Part shown: one piece after another, positions 46,091-56,874 of the stretch
Layout of the letters: every line of letters starts with the position of its first letter
Position numbering within the stretch: the stretch's first letter is position 1
Source of the DNA: Candidatus Physcocola equi
GTDB taxonomy: Bacteria > Bacteroidota > Bacteroidia > Bacteroidales > Paludibacteraceae
DNA: 64,000 bases
Assembly: GCA_018064855.1 (NCBI GenBank)
Contig: JAGHUM010000005.1
Location: forward strand, 38,760 to 102,759
Direction: 5' to 3'
The notes under the pieces: generated by a model
Told to the model about the DNA's origin: nothing
The model's database searches: none
The model's input: only the letters and a program-made list of their open reading frames with translations
Translations under genes and position numbers: made by a program

Positions 46091-46681
46091 TCAACTCAGC
46101 TTCCATACTTTCAGCAGAAACTGCAACTTGTGTTTTCTACAGACTGGCAGAAGCCCCTCTCTGCCCACAAGTGAAGGCCAAGTCCATTCCGGAGAATTGT
46201 AATAGACAAGCACAAGTTCATCTAACGGACAGTCGCAGTTTCCCAAAACTCTCGAATTTTCAAATTTTCGTCTGAATACTTTCGATAGATAAATACTATA
46301 ACTGCCGAAATACAGTTCCTCGTCGAAAGGAATGCAGGCAAACGAATCCCTGCTCATGCATTCGTATATTCCGCACCAGTTGAATCCTCCGACTCCCATG
46401 TAATTGTCCAACAGTGAATCAGGCTCGATTTCAGTCCACCCAAGCACCTCTTCCTCAGATAGATAGATAATCTCTATATTCTTGATTTCAAGTTCGTCAT
46501 CATCCGGATATTCAAGACAATATATTCCCGGCTGCACCTCGCACAGTCTTTCATGACGATACCTCTCTACTTCTTTCAGATGCTCCTCAACCCTCTCTTT
46601 CAGCGAGTTTTGGGCCTCTGCCACCAAGAGGCTCGACAGCAGAGCCATAGTGCCAACCAAATATTTCAATACTCTGGTCAT
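46091..46681 (-). CDS. Hypothetical secreted Cys-rich protein
   Basis: I prefer the ATG at 46681 (MTRVLKYLVGTMALLSSLLVAEAQ, a signal peptide). This start avoids overlap with the GH9 gene. The mature part has 9 Cys and no recognised domain. Confidence 0.5.
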   Translation of the reverse strand: MTRVLKYLVGTMALLSSLLVAEAQNSLKERVEEHLKEVERYRHERLCEVQPGIYCLEYPDDDELEIKNIEIIYLSEEEVLGWTEIEPDSLLDNYMGVGGFNWCGIYECMSRDSFACIPFDEELYFGSYSIYLSKVFRRKFENSRVLGNCDCPLDELVLVYYNSPEWTWPSLVGREGLLPVCRKHKLQFLLKVWKLS

Positions 46682-46700
46682 TTTCAGCACACAAAAACTG

Positions 46701-48419
46701 TCAATACGCATTCAAGATTTCAGCGATGAGCATAATGAGAGGCGCATTCCAGTTGATTGCGATTTCATTAGTAGAGTAACTGCACATCTCATCGAGATAG
46801 GCTCTGGCAGGATAAGTGCCAGACGGATAACTCGTCTTTCCGCAATCGGTGGTTTCGTCGAGGTTTGGGCCACCAGCCAAATAGCCAGGTAGAGGTTCTT
46901 TTATGCCATCCGCATCGGAGCGGCGATCGTGGATATTTTTAGGGTATTTATATCCAAAACGAGAGACGAAACAATAATCGACAGAATTTCTGCCAAGTAA
47001 ATAATCGAAACAAGCCTGCGCACCTTCAAGGTATTTCTTTTCGCCAGTAAGGTTATACGCCACACCCAAAATGGAGCCATTGGCAGCAACCGTGCCATTA
47101 CTACCCCATTCAAACTTGCGGAGTGGAAGATGACCAACACTATAATGATAGAGTTTATAGATATTGTCGAATAAAGCCTGTGACTTGACTTTCAACATGT
47201 GCCTATTGATGAAATCGGGCAAAGATTTTTCATTGATAGCCAAATCGAGCAAAGCAACCGATTTCACGTCGTGCCATGTGGGCGTTTCAAAAGACTGCGA
47301 CAAATTCAATTTGTCATAATACTGTTTTTCCTTGGTCGTAATAAACAATTCGGCCGCTGCAAAAAAGAAATCGTCCGACAAAGTCTCATCACCATAGGAG
47401 CCGGTAAAAACATCCTTCGGATTTTGATAATAAACCTCCGGGTGTGCCTCCGCCCATTTGTAGGCACGCCGGGCAGCCTTCAACATTTTATCAGACATAC
47501 CGTCTGTAATGGAGTCGAAAGGAGCATAAACACGAGCGCAAGCCGCCATAGTAGCGGCGAAACTGAGTGCCGCGGCTGTTGATTTTCCAATCACATAGCG
47601 GTCTTTTTTATCCGCATCCGGCATCACCATGCCACAGAAACGCAAAGTGGAAAGTTTGTGATAGACACCACCGTCAGAAGGATCCTGCATGGTGAGCATC
47701 CAATCAAGTTCCCATTTCAGCTCATCCAAAATATCGGGCATTTGGTTGCCGCTTTCCGGAATGTTGAGATTGAGATTGGCATAGTAATCAGGATAAAGTT
47801 CGTATGCCATCCAGAAAAAAGCGGCAGAGAAACCTGCGTTAACGATATATTTACCATAGTCGCCAGCATCATACCACCCCTTAGGAGAAGAAACCTCCGA
47901 CTCGACATGACGCCCCTCGGAAGCAGCCGACCTGTGTACATAAACGACATCGTCGGGATGCCCCATCGCACGAGCATAATTAGTGCCGCGGAAAGTAGCA
48001 TACTGCTCTTCAATAGGAGTGGAAGAGCGCCAAAGGTAAAAGGACTTTAACGTCCAAACCGACAATTCGTCAAAGATAGCCGAGTCTGCAATCACAAAAG
48101 GATGAGAGCGTTCGGTGCCAATCTGCAAGTAATACTGACCTGGGACATTGAACTCGGAAAAGTCGGCAAACTGGACATTCTCACCGCTCATGTTCCAAAG
48201 GCGTTGAGGTTCAAGTGCGGCAGAAAAAACCACCTGATTGGTTTGTGCGCCGCGAACAGTGAACGATTCAGCATCCATGTCTGAAATCATTGCGCACTTC
48301 ATGCCATTCGTAAAATAACCGAGCTGATTGGCACGAATAAAATTCTGCGCGCAACACACGACAGAAATCAGCAAAAAGCAAATCGTATGGAATCCTTTGA
48401 TAAACATTGGCATCTGCAA
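46701..48419 (-). CDS. Glycoside hydrolase family 9 endoglucanase with an N-terminal Ig-like (CelD_N) domain
   Basis: 572 aa with a signal peptide. It contains KGWYDAGDYGKY, the C-terminal YLAGGPN and NEIAINWNAPL, all typical of GH9. Confidence 0.8.
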   Translation of the reverse strand: MQMPMFIKGFHTICFLLISVVCCAQNFIRANQLGYFTNGMKCAMISDMDAESFTVRGAQTNQVVFSAALEPQRLWNMSGENVQFADFSEFNVPGQYYLQIGTERSHPFVIADSAIFDELSVWTLKSFYLWRSSTPIEEQYATFRGTNYARAMGHPDDVVYVHRSAASEGRHVESEVSSPKGWYDAGDYGKYIVNAGFSAAFFWMAYELYPDYYANLNLNIPESGNQMPDILDELKWELDWMLTMQDPSDGGVYHKLSTLRFCGMVMPDADKKDRYVIGKSTAAALSFAATMAACARVYAPFDSITDGMSDKMLKAARRAYKWAEAHPEVYYQNPKDVFTGSYGDETLSDDFFFAAAELFITTKEKQYYDKLNLSQSFETPTWHDVKSVALLDLAINEKSLPDFINRHMLKVKSQALFDNIYKLYHYSVGHLPLRKFEWGSNGTVAANGSILGVAYNLTGEKKYLEGAQACFDYLLGRNSVDYCFVSRFGYKYPKNIHDRRSDADGIKEPLPGYLAGGPNLDETTDCGKTSYPSGTYPARAYLDEMCSYSTNEIAINWNAPLIMLIAEILNAY

Positions 48420-48470
48420 GCAAACATTTAAAGGTGACTTCTATAAGTTCACCGATTTTTGTAAAAAAAA

Positions 48471-50261
48471 CTATTCGTCGAGTTTAAGCACTTCAAGGAA
48501 TGCTTTTTGCGGAACAGAAACAGAACCAATCTGCTTCATACGTTTCTTACCTTCTTTCTGCTTTTCCAAGAGTTTACGCTTACGGGAGATGTCGCCGCCA
48601 TAACACTTGGCGGTCACATCCTTGCGGACAGCCTTAATCGTTTCACGCGCGATGACCTTGGCGCCAATCGCCGCCTGGATAGCGATATCGAACTGCTGAC
48701 GAGGGATGAGCGTCTTCAACTTCTCGCACATACGTTTACCCAAAGAGTAAGCATTATCGACGTGAGTAAGAGAAGAAAGAGCATCGACAGGATCGCCGTT
48801 GAGCATGACGTCCAACTTAATCAATTTTGCAGGGCGCATCTCCAAAGGATGGTAATCAAAAGAAGCATAACCACGGGAAATGCTCTTCAAGCGATCGTAG
48901 AAATCGAACACGATTTCACCCAACGGCATATTGTAAAGCAACTCCACGCGATTGCCAGCCACATAAGTCTGATTGACCAACTCGCCACGTTTGCCAAGGC
49001 AGAGTTTCATAATTGGTCCGATAAACTCAGAATTGGTGATAATGGAAGCGCGGATATACGGTTCCTCAATATGATCGATAAGAGAAGACTCTGGAAGGCC
49101 AGAAGGATTGTGCACCTCAATCTTTTCCCCCTTGGTGGTGTAAACATCATAAGAAACGTTTGGCACGGTGGTGATGACCTCCATGTTGAACTCACGGTCG
49201 AGACGTTCCTGCACAATCTCCATGTGAAGCATGCCCAAGAAACCGCAACGGAAACCAAAGCCGAGCGCCAAAGAAGACTCAGGGAAGAACGTGAGAGAAG
49301 CGTCGTTGAGTTGCAACTTTTCAAGAGAGGCACGCAGATTTTCAAATTCCTCTGTCACAATCGGATAAACACCAGCGAAAACCATAGGTTTCACCTCCTC
49401 AAACCCCTCAATCGCCTTGCTACATGGTTTGGCAACGTGTGTAATAGTGTCACCCACCTTAACCTCGGTAGCGGTTTTAATACCGGAGATGATGTAGCCC
49501 ACATTGCCAGCGGAAACACTTTCCTTAGGCTCCATATTGAGGCGGAGAATGCCGATTTCATCTGCATTATATTCCTCGCCCGTAGCCACAAACTTCACGA
49601 AATCATTTTTATGAATAGTGCCGTTGATGACCTTAAAATAAGCAATAATGCCACGGAAAGGGTTGAAAACAGAATCGAAAATAAGCGCCTGCAGCGGAGC
49701 TTCAGGATCGCCGACAGGAGGAGCGATACGTTCCACAATGGCATCGAGCACAGCAGGAACGCCCTCACCCGTCTTGCCACTGGCACGCAGCACATCCTCG
49801 TGCTTGCATCCAAGCAACTCGCAGACTTCATCTTCCACCTCATCGGGCATAGCCCCTGGCAAATCAATTTTGTTCAGCACAGGGATGATGGTGAGGTCAT
49901 GTTCGAGCGCCATGTAAAGATTACTAATAGTCTGGGCCTGAACGCCCTGGGAAGCATCGACAATGAGCAGAGCGCCTTCGCAAGCCGCGATAGAGCGTGA
50001 AACCTCATACGAGAAATCGACGTGTCCTGGAGTATCGATCAAATTCAAGACATATTTTTCACCTTTGTAAGTATAATCCATCTGGATGGCGTGACTCTTA
50101 ATGGTGATACCACGCTCCTTTTCCAGATCCATATCATCGAGCACCTGCGCCTCCATGTCTTTTCCTGTCACGGTTTTAGTACATTCAAGAAGTCGGTCGG
50201 CCAAAGTGCTTTTGCCATGGTCGATGTGTGCAATAATACAGAAATTTCTAATATGCTTCAT
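48471..50261 (-). CDS. lepA: Elongation factor 4 (LepA)
   Basis: 596 aa with [29 protein letters not shown] and NKID, plus the LepA-specific C-terminus. Confidence 0.95.
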   Translation of the reverse strand: MKHIRNFCIIAHIDHGKSTLADRLLECTKTVTGKDMEAQVLDDMDLEKERGITIKSHAIQMDYTYKGEKYVLNLIDTPGHVDFSYEVSRSIAACEGALLIVDASQGVQAQTISNLYMALEHDLTIIPVLNKIDLPGAMPDEVEDEVCELLGCKHEDVLRASGKTGEGVPAVLDAIVERIAPPVGDPEAPLQALIFDSVFNPFRGIIAYFKVINGTIHKNDFVKFVATGEEYNADEIGILRLNMEPKESVSAGNVGYIISGIKTATEVKVGDTITHVAKPCSKAIEGFEEVKPMVFAGVYPIVTEEFENLRASLEKLQLNDASLTFFPESSLALGFGFRCGFLGMLHMEIVQERLDREFNMEVITTVPNVSYDVYTTKGEKIEVHNPSGLPESSLIDHIEEPYIRASIITNSEFIGPIMKLCLGKRGELVNQTYVAGNRVELLYNMPLGEIVFDFYDRLKSISRGYASFDYHPLEMRPAKLIKLDVMLNGDPVDALSSLTHVDNAYSLGKRMCEKLKTLIPRQQFDIAIQAAIGAKVIARETIKAVRKDVTAKCYGGDISRKRKLLEKQKEGKKRMKQIGSVSVPQKAFLEVLKLDE

Positions 50262-50315
50262 GCTGAAAAATAGTCAATTTGAAATACAAGGGCAATACGC
50301 CAAATTATTAATTCG

Positions 50316-50323
50316 CAAATATA
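50316..50323 (-). promoter_or_regulatory. -7 box TATATTTG for lepA
   Basis: Exact TAnnTTTG match on the - strand, 54 nt upstream of the ATG at 50261. Confidence 0.4.
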
Positions 50324-50355
50324 CGGAAAAACATCGGTATTACAGCAAAAAATTG

Positions 50356-50363
50356 TATTTTTG
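50356..50363 (+). promoter_or_regulatory. -7 box TATTTTTG for recQ
   Basis: Exact TAnnTTTG match, 41 nt before the ATG at 50405. Confidence 0.45.
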
Positions 50364-50404
50364 CGAAACCAAACCGGGCAAAACAATCCGCAAAAGACAC
50401 CGAT

Positions 50405-52318
50405 ATGGACAAAATCCACGAAATACTCAAAAACGTATGGGGGCACGATGAATTCCGCCCACTCCAAGAAGACATCATACGCCACGTGCTTTCCGGCAAA
50501 GACGCGCTTGGATTGATGCCTACCGGCGGCGGTAAAAGTATCACGTTTCAAGTGCCGGCATTGGCAAAAGACGGTATATGCATCGTAGTGACACCATTGA
50601 TTGCCTTGATGAAAGACCAAGTGGAGAACCTGCGCAACAGAGGCATACTTGCCGAAGCCATCTACACGGGATTGAGCAAACGAGACATCGACCGCATATT
50701 GGACAACTGCGTTTTGGGCGACTACAAATTTCTATACGTCTCTCCCGAACGACTGGGGACCGACACCTTCATAAGGAAATACAACCAGATGAATGTCAGC
50801 ATGATTGCAGTAGATGAAAGTCACTGCATATCGCAATGGGGATACGATTTCCGACCAAGTTACCTCTGCATATCCGACCTTCGCGTATTAAAACCCAACG
50901 TGCCCATATTGGCGTTAACCGCGACAGCCACTCCCGACGTCGTAATCGACATACAAGAGAAACTGCAATTCAGAGAAAGTAAAAAGGTATTCCGTAAGAG
51001 TTTCGCACGAGAGAACCTTGCCTACGTTGTAAAATACACAGACGACAAACTGAGCATGCTAAAGAAAATTTTAGACAATGTACCCGGCTCATCCGTCGTC
51101 TATGTACGCAACAGGAAACGCACGAAAGAAATCAGCGACTTTCTAATGGAAGCAGGCATAAGTTCGGACTACTACCATGCAGGACTGAGCGACGAGCAGA
51201 AAAACATGAAACAATCGGCATGGAAGCAAAACATCTGCCGTGTAATTGTAGCCACAAACGCATTCGGCATGGGTATAGACAAACCAGATGTGCGCACAGT
51301 CGTACACATGGATTTGCCAGACAGCCTCGAAGCGTATTTCCAGGAAGCCGGACGTGCGGGGCGAGACGGCAAGAAAGCCTATGCCACTCTGCTTTACAGC
51401 AATGCAGACAAAGAAAAGCTAAGGAAAAGAGGGGCAGACAACTATCCCGACAAAGAATTCATAGCAGGCATCTACACCTCACTGTGCTATTTTTTCCAAA
51501 TAGCGGTGGGAGAAGGCATGGGTTTAACCTATGTTTTCAGGATAGGCGAATTCTGCCAACGCTACAGCACCAGCATACTCCAGACCGACAGTGCCATCAA
51601 GCTATTGCAGCAAGCAGGCTATTTAGAGTATAACGAAGACCCGGAAAGCGCCTCGAAAATCGTCTTTTCCGTAAACCGAGACGAACTCTACCACATAGAA
51701 ACGACTCCACAGGAAGACGAGGTCATGCGAGCCATCATGCGCAAATACACCGGCATATTCAGCGATTTTGTCTATATCAAAGAAGAAGCCATAGCCAGCG
51801 CCACCGGCCTAAGTCGGGATGAAATCTACAAAACCCTGGTCGTGCTCAGGCAGAAAGGCGTTTTGAACTACATACCATTCAAAAAAGAGCCCAAAATAAC
51901 ATTCACCCGAAACAGAGTGGATGACCGCTACTTCTCCATACCAAAAAACGTGTATGAAGTGCGCAAAGAGCAGTATCACAAAAAATCGTCGGAAGTGCTC
52001 CGATATGCCACAAACCGCAGTTTTTGCCGCAGTCAAATGCTGCTCAACTACTTTGGAGAGACCACCTCAAGGCCATGTGGGCAATGTGACACCTGCATTG
52101 AAAAGAGAAAAAACGGCGGCATCCAACAATTCGCCCAGATCAGGGCTCAGATTATAGAGCAAATCAAAGAGTGCGGCGTCTTGAAAGCCAGCGACATCAC
52201 CAGCCAACAGCCCAGCGACACAGTTGAGCAACAGAAAACGGTGCTTCAATGGCTGCTCGACGAAGGGACTATCAGCATCGATTTGAATGGGAATTACACA
52301 CTTGTTGATAACATGTGA
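50405..52318 (+). CDS. recQ: RecQ-family ATP-dependent DNA helicase
   Basis: 637 aa with MPTGGGKS, VDESHCISQWGYDFRPSY, ATNAFGMGIDKPDVR and QEAGRAGRDG. A zinc module is present (CRSQMLLNYFGE...CGQCDTC). Confidence 0.9.
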   Translation: MDKIHEILKNVWGHDEFRPLQEDIIRHVLSGKDALGLMPTGGGKSITFQVPALAKDGICIVVTPLIALMKDQVENLRNRGILAEAIYTGLSKRDIDRILDNCVLGDYKFLYVSPERLGTDTFIRKYNQMNVSMIAVDESHCISQWGYDFRPSYLCISDLRVLKPNVPILALTATATPDVVIDIQEKLQFRESKKVFRKSFARENLAYVVKYTDDKLSMLKKILDNVPGSSVVYVRNRKRTKEISDFLMEAGISSDYYHAGLSDEQKNMKQSAWKQNICRVIVATNAFGMGIDKPDVRTVVHMDLPDSLEAYFQEAGRAGRDGKKAYATLLYSNADKEKLRKRGADNYPDKEFIAGIYTSLCYFFQIAVGEGMGLTYVFRIGEFCQRYSTSILQTDSAIKLLQQAGYLEYNEDPESASKIVFSVNRDELYHIETTPQEDEVMRAIMRKYTGIFSDFVYIKEEAIASATGLSRDEIYKTLVVLRQKGVLNYIPFKKEPKITFTRNRVDDRYFSIPKNVYEVRKEQYHKKSSEVLRYATNRSFCRSQMLLNYFGETTSRPCGQCDTCIEKRKNGGIQQFAQIRAQIIEQIKECGVLKASDITSQQPSDTVEQQKTVLQWLLDEGTISIDLNGNYTLVDNM

Positions 52319-52461
52319 ATTTCTTTTACGAGTCAAATTTTCCTAATCAGCGAAAAAAACACTAAATTTGCGTTTTAGGATAGGTCATGTCCAATGGAAA
52401 GCCCAACATAGAATCTATCACAAAAAATAAGGAAACAAAAAACAACGAAAAATATACCAAG

Positions 52462-53238
52462 ATGGGTAAGATCATTGCTATAGCGAACCAAAAAGGCGGT
52501 GTAGGAAAAACCACCACAGCTGTCAATCTGGCAGCAGGCTTGGCTGTAATGGAAAAGAAAGTCCTCATTGTTGACGCCGATCCACAAGCGAATGCGTCGT
52601 CAGGTTTAGGTATAGACATCAACAAAGAGGGTTTGACAACCATCTACGAATGTATGCTCGACGGCGCAGATGTGCACGCAGCCATTCAAGACACCGATTT
52701 GGAAAATTTGAAGGTAATTCCATCCATGACCGACTTAGTGGGTGCAGAATTGGAATTGGTTGACGCGCCAAATCGTTCGTACAAGATGAAAGAGATATTG
52801 GATCAGGTAAAAGACGAATTCGATTATATATTCATCGACTGCATGCCTTCGCTTGGAATCATCACGACAAACGCATTGGTAGCGGCGCATGGAGTCATCG
52901 TTCCAGTTCAGTGCGAATATTACGCAGAAGAAGGATTGGCGAAATTGTACCAAACCATCTTGCTGGTCAAAAAGCAGTTGAACCCACAGTTGGAGATATT
53001 CGGCATTCTCCTCACCATGTTCAATCACACCAATTTGAGCAAGCAAGTGCTTGAAGACGTGAAAAGTTCATTCAACCAGCTTGTTTTCAACACCGTGATT
53101 AAGCGCAACACCCGCATCAGCGAAGCGCCAAGTTATGCAGAGTCCGTCATCACCTACGATGCCAGTTCGGCAGGCGCCAAAGACTATATGGAGTTGGCAG
53201 CGGAAGTAGATGAGCGATTGAACAACTGGAAAAAATAA
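52462..53238 (+). CDS. parA: ParA/Soj chromosome-partitioning ATPase
   Basis: I prefer the ATG at 52462 (MGKIIAIANQKGGVGKTTT, deviant Walker A). The track ORF starts at 52387. Confidence 0.9.
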   Translation: MGKIIAIANQKGGVGKTTTAVNLAAGLAVMEKKVLIVDADPQANASSGLGIDINKEGLTTIYECMLDGADVHAAIQDTDLENLKVIPSMTDLVGAELELVDAPNRSYKMKEILDQVKDEFDYIFIDCMPSLGIITTNALVAAHGVIVPVQCEYYAEEGLAKLYQTILLVKKQLNPQLEIFGILLTMFNHTNLSKQVLEDVKSSFNQLVFNTVIKRNTRISEAPSYAESVITYDASSAGAKDYMELAAEVDERLNNWKK

Positions 53239-53254
53239 AAAGAAGACACAGTAA

Positions 53255-54175
53255 ATGGCAGAGAAAAGAAAAAGTGGACTTGGACGAAGTGGATTAAGCT
53301 CACTACTTGGCAACAGCCACGTTGAAGACATTAACAACATACAGATTGCAGGTTCATCCATGTTGGAGGAGATTCCACTCAGTGAAATTGAGACCAACCC
53401 CAATCAGCCTCGAACCGAGTTTGACCCGGAAGAATTGGTGAACCTATCTGAATCCATCAAGACTTTTGGCATCATCGTGCCAATAACAGTAAGGAAGATG
53501 GGAGATCACAGCTATCAGTTGATAGCAGGTGAACGCAGACTCCGCGCCTCAAAAATGGCGGGCAAGGTGACCATACCAGCCTACATCAGCACAGCAAGCG
53601 ACGAAGAAAGCGCAGAAATGGCGCTTATTGAGAACATTCAGCGCGCCGATCTCAACGCCATTGAAGTTGCCCTCTCCTTCAAGAACCTGATGGAGAAATG
53701 CAACTACACGCAAGAAGAGATGAGCGAGCGTGTCGGCAAAAGCCGCTCCAGCATTGCCAACCACCTTCGTCTGCTCACCCTTCCATCCAACATTCAAATT
53801 GGCGTAAAAGAGCACAAGATAGAGATGGGCCATGCCCGCGCACTGCTTTCATTGGACAACGCAGGCGACATGGAGAAGATTTACGACCGCATCTGCTCCG
53901 AAGGTTTATCGGTGCGCGCAGTTGAAAAGATCGTAAAGGAACAGAAAGAAAGTTCTTCAGCAGACGAGACAAACCCATCCAACAAAAAAAGCACCTCAGA
54001 GTTGCCAGAAGAATACAAGGCTTTGGAAGAGCAATTCAGGAAAGCACTAAGCAGCAAAGTAGTTCTGACTCGCGATGCAAAAGGTAAAGGGAAGATTACA
54101 ATTCCATTCTCCAGCGACGAAGAATTCGAGAAGATAATGGACGTGTTTGACTCCATATTAAACGACGTAGAATGA
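53255..54175 (+). CDS. parB: ParB/Spo0J partition protein
   Basis: 306 aa with NPNQPR, LIAGERRLRAS and the HTH block EEMSERVGKSRSSIANHLRLL. Confidence 0.9.
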   Translation: MAEKRKSGLGRSGLSSLLGNSHVEDINNIQIAGSSMLEEIPLSEIETNPNQPRTEFDPEELVNLSESIKTFGIIVPITVRKMGDHSYQLIAGERRLRASKMAGKVTIPAYISTASDEESAEMALIENIQRADLNAIEVALSFKNLMEKCNYTQEEMSERVGKSRSSIANHLRLLTLPSNIQIGVKEHKIEMGHARALLSLDNAGDMEKIYDRICSEGLSVRAVEKIVKEQKESSSADETNPSNKKSTSELPEEYKALEEQFRKALSSKVVLTRDAKGKGKITIPFSSDEEFEKIMDVFDSILNDVE

Positions 54176-54930
54176 TTAAACTACCATTCAGCAAAACACA
54201 GCAAAGCAGCATTTGCAGCAGAAGGAAAAAAATGCTAAGTATGCTTGTCGGATTGACGATGAGCATACTTTCTGTATCTGCCCAAGACGCTCAAATTGAA
54301 TCCAACATAACGCTGACATCATCGAAAGACACGACCACAGGAATACAACTTAAACTTGGGAATGAAAATGAAAGTCAGCCATTAACCCTCTCACAACCAA
54401 CAGAAACAGTCAAACCTGCACCTGTGACATATTGGCATCCCAACCCAAGCAAAGCAATGTGGTACTCGATTCTATGTCCGGGATTAGGCCAGATATATAA
54501 CCGTAGTTATTGGAAAGTACCAATTATCTATGGAGGCACGGCAGTATTCGCATACTTGATATCATGGCAAGGAAGAATGTATAACGACTACAGCACAGCC
54601 TATTACGACATCATGGACAACGACCCCAACACAAGGAGTTATGAGCGATTGTTCAAGAACATCAACACCGACAACGAGGAATGGAAGAAAAATACATTAA
54701 GAAAAAAGCGCGATTCCTATAGAAGATACCGAGATTTGTGTATATTTGGAGTCGGAATCTTATATGTACTCAACATAGTGGACGCCTTTGTTGACGGCCA
54801 TCTGTACGATTTTTCAGTAACCAATGACCTATCGATGCGTGTAGAGCCCGTCATTCAATACCCAGGATTGGGGAATGGGTGGCAGACCGAAGAAAACATG
54901 TTTGGCTTACAATGCAGCATCACATTCTAA
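54172..54930 (+). CDS. DUF5683 domain protein
   Basis: 252 aa with CPGLGQIYNRSYWKVPIIYGG. It occupies the usual Bacteroidetes position after parAB. An alternative start is at 54232 (MLSMLVGL...). Confidence 0.65.
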   Translation: MIKLPFSKTQQSSICSRRKKMLSMLVGLTMSILSVSAQDAQIESNITLTSSKDTTTGIQLKLGNENESQPLTLSQPTETVKPAPVTYWHPNPSKAMWYSILCPGLGQIYNRSYWKVPIIYGGTAVFAYLISWQGRMYNDYSTAYYDIMDNDPNTRSYERLFKNINTDNEEWKKNTLRKKRDSYRRYRDLCIFGVGILYVLNIVDAFVDGHLYDFSVTNDLSMRVEPVIQYPGLGNGWQTEENMFGLQCSITF

Positions 54931-54964
54931 CCCACGAAAGACAAAATTGACGGAGAAATAAAAA

Positions 54965-56623
54965 ATGACCAAGATAAAATCACTTATACTAACCATCTGC
55001 GCGTTGTTCGTAGTCAGCTCAATAGCAGAAGCTGCGCAGCAAACCCGCAAAAAAAGGAGAAGAACAGTTCAAACCCACAAAGTGCAGCAAAACACAGCAG
55101 CACGCCAAGCATACCGCAAGCAGGATTCCCTGATGAATGTACCCAAAGTGAAGCCTGAAATAAAATGGGATGAGAAAGACATTCCTTTGGAATACGTCAT
55201 CACATTAGACAGCACCCTAAACGACTATTTAAGTTTGGCCAACAAGCGCATATTCTACCCATGCGGCGAAGACACGGTCAAGCAAGAGCCCCTGAGCGAC
55301 GAGGAATACATCAAAAGGCTCCAATCGATACCATCAATCGTAGAACTCACCTACAACAGCGTAGTACGCGATTTCATTTCGCTCTACACCATCAAACGCA
55401 GAAAGCTCACATCCAGCATATTAGGTCAAAGCGACTTTTATTTTCCAATATTTGAAGACGCGTTGGAAAAAGAAGGCGTGCCATTGGAATTAAAATACCT
55501 GCCAGTTATCGAATCTGCCCTTAATGCAAAAGCCTATTCCCCAGCTGGTGCAAGCGGTTTGTGGCAGTTTATCAGTTCAACAGGCCGCACCTACGGGTTG
55601 AAAGTCAACAGTCTGTTGGATGAGCGAAGAGATCCGATCAAGTCGAGTTATGCCGCCGCACGTTACCTGAAACATCTTTATAACATTTATAACGATTGGA
55701 CACTGGTGATTGCAGCCTACAACTGCGGGCCAGGCAACGTCAACAAAGCCATTGGCAAAACAGGTGGCGTTAAAGATTATTGGGCAATCTACCCATACCT
55801 GCCAAGGGAGACAAGAGGATATGTTCCAGCCTTCATTGCTGCCACCTATGCCATGCACTACTACAAAGAACACAACATCTGTCCGGCTCAAGTATTCAGA
55901 CCAGCGAATGTTGACACCGTACACGTCAACGAGAAAGTGCACTTGAGACAGATTGCAGAAGTGCTGGATATCGATTTAGACGACCTGCGGACTTTGAACC
56001 CACAGTATCGTCACGACATTGTACCGGGGAATGCAGGAGAATGCAATCTGGCCTTGCCAACCAAGAAGATATCTCAATATGAGATGTATAAAAACACCAT
56101 CTTGGCACATAACATAGACAACTATGTGAAGCATCGCCCTCAAGTGGAGCCAGCCAAACTGCAGAACACCAAAAACGGGGCTAACAAAAAACAGGTCAAA
56201 GAGCCAGAGGCTGCCGACACAACCCAGTTGGCCAAAGCGGATAGCAGTTTAAAGACGACAGAATTGGCGGCAAATGAGAAAGTAAGTGCGGCAAACGAAA
56301 AAACACTTGACAAAAACGCCAAAACAGAAGTAATAGCAGAGAATGCAGGCAACACTCCTTCATCAGATAAAAAAGCATCTTCTGCAAATGCCAATAAAAC
56401 AAACGGGAATGCATCGAATGCGTCGAAGAAAAACATTTCCAAGAACAGCAGCATAAAGCAGAAAGAAGACGAAAGAAAGGAAATAACCTACACGGTCAAA
56501 GCAGGAGACACTCTCTACTCTATTGCGCTGCGTAACAAAGTAAGTGTGATGAGTATCAAAGAATGGAACTCACTCAACAACGACAATTTGAGAATAGGCC
56601 AGACCATTATTGTAAAAAGATAA
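54965..56623 (+). CDS. Lytic transglycosylase (SLT domain, MltD-like) with a C-terminal LysM
   Basis: 552 aa with a signal peptide. The SLT catalytic block is IESALNAKAYSPAGASGLWQF and AAYNCGPGNV. The LysM is YTVKAGDTLYSIALRN...IKEWNSL. A low-complexity K/N/A-rich linker is present. Confidence 0.85.
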   Translation: MTKIKSLILTICALFVVSSIAEAAQQTRKKRRRTVQTHKVQQNTAARQAYRKQDSLMNVPKVKPEIKWDEKDIPLEYVITLDSTLNDYLSLANKRIFYPCGEDTVKQEPLSDEEYIKRLQSIPSIVELTYNSVVRDFISLYTIKRRKLTSSILGQSDFYFPIFEDALEKEGVPLELKYLPVIESALNAKAYSPAGASGLWQFISSTGRTYGLKVNSLLDERRDPIKSSYAAARYLKHLYNIYNDWTLVIAAYNCGPGNVNKAIGKTGGVKDYWAIYPYLPRETRGYVPAFIAATYAMHYYKEHNICPAQVFRPANVDTVHVNEKVHLRQIAEVLDIDLDDLRTLNPQYRHDIVPGNAGECNLALPTKKISQYEMYKNTILAHNIDNYVKHRPQVEPAKLQNTKNGANKKQVKEPEAADTTQLAKADSSLKTTELAANEKVSAANEKTLDKNAKTEVIAENAGNTPSSDKKASSANANKTNGNASNASKKNISKNSSIKQKEDERKEITYTVKAGDTLYSIALRNKVSVMSIKEWNSLNNDNLRIGQTIIVKR

Positions 56624-56637
56624 AACAAGCGATATCA

Positions 56638-56673
56638 AGAAGAGCTCTTCCTATTTGGAAGAGCTTTTTTTTG
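56638..56673 (+). terminator. Rho-independent terminator after the transglycosylase gene
   Basis: Hairpin agctcttcc tattt ggaagagct followed by a T8 run. Confidence 0.7.
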
Positions 56674-56768
56674 ATATAGTTTAGATGCAAAAAGTCAAAA
56701 AAACGGGTAAAAAGCGGAGCAAGATTAAAATAACAAACGAATAATTTTCACGTATAAAAAATTGATAG

Positions 56769-56776
56769 TATATTTG
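56769..56776 (+). promoter_or_regulatory. -7 box TATATTTG upstream of the OmpA-family gene
   Basis: Exact TAnnTTTG match, 98 nt before the ATG at 56875. Confidence 0.35.
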
Positions 56777-56874
56777 CCATATATTGTATAGGTCTAAAAA
56801 TGTGCAAATCGCATATTGAGAACAACAATAACGGAATTCGAAACGAATAAAATAATTATCAATAAAAACACAAA

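Noticed and set aside
48507-50000. 497-aa + strand ORF antisense to lepA
   Set aside because: It is a shadow ORF of a conserved GTPase gene, with no start context or motifs.
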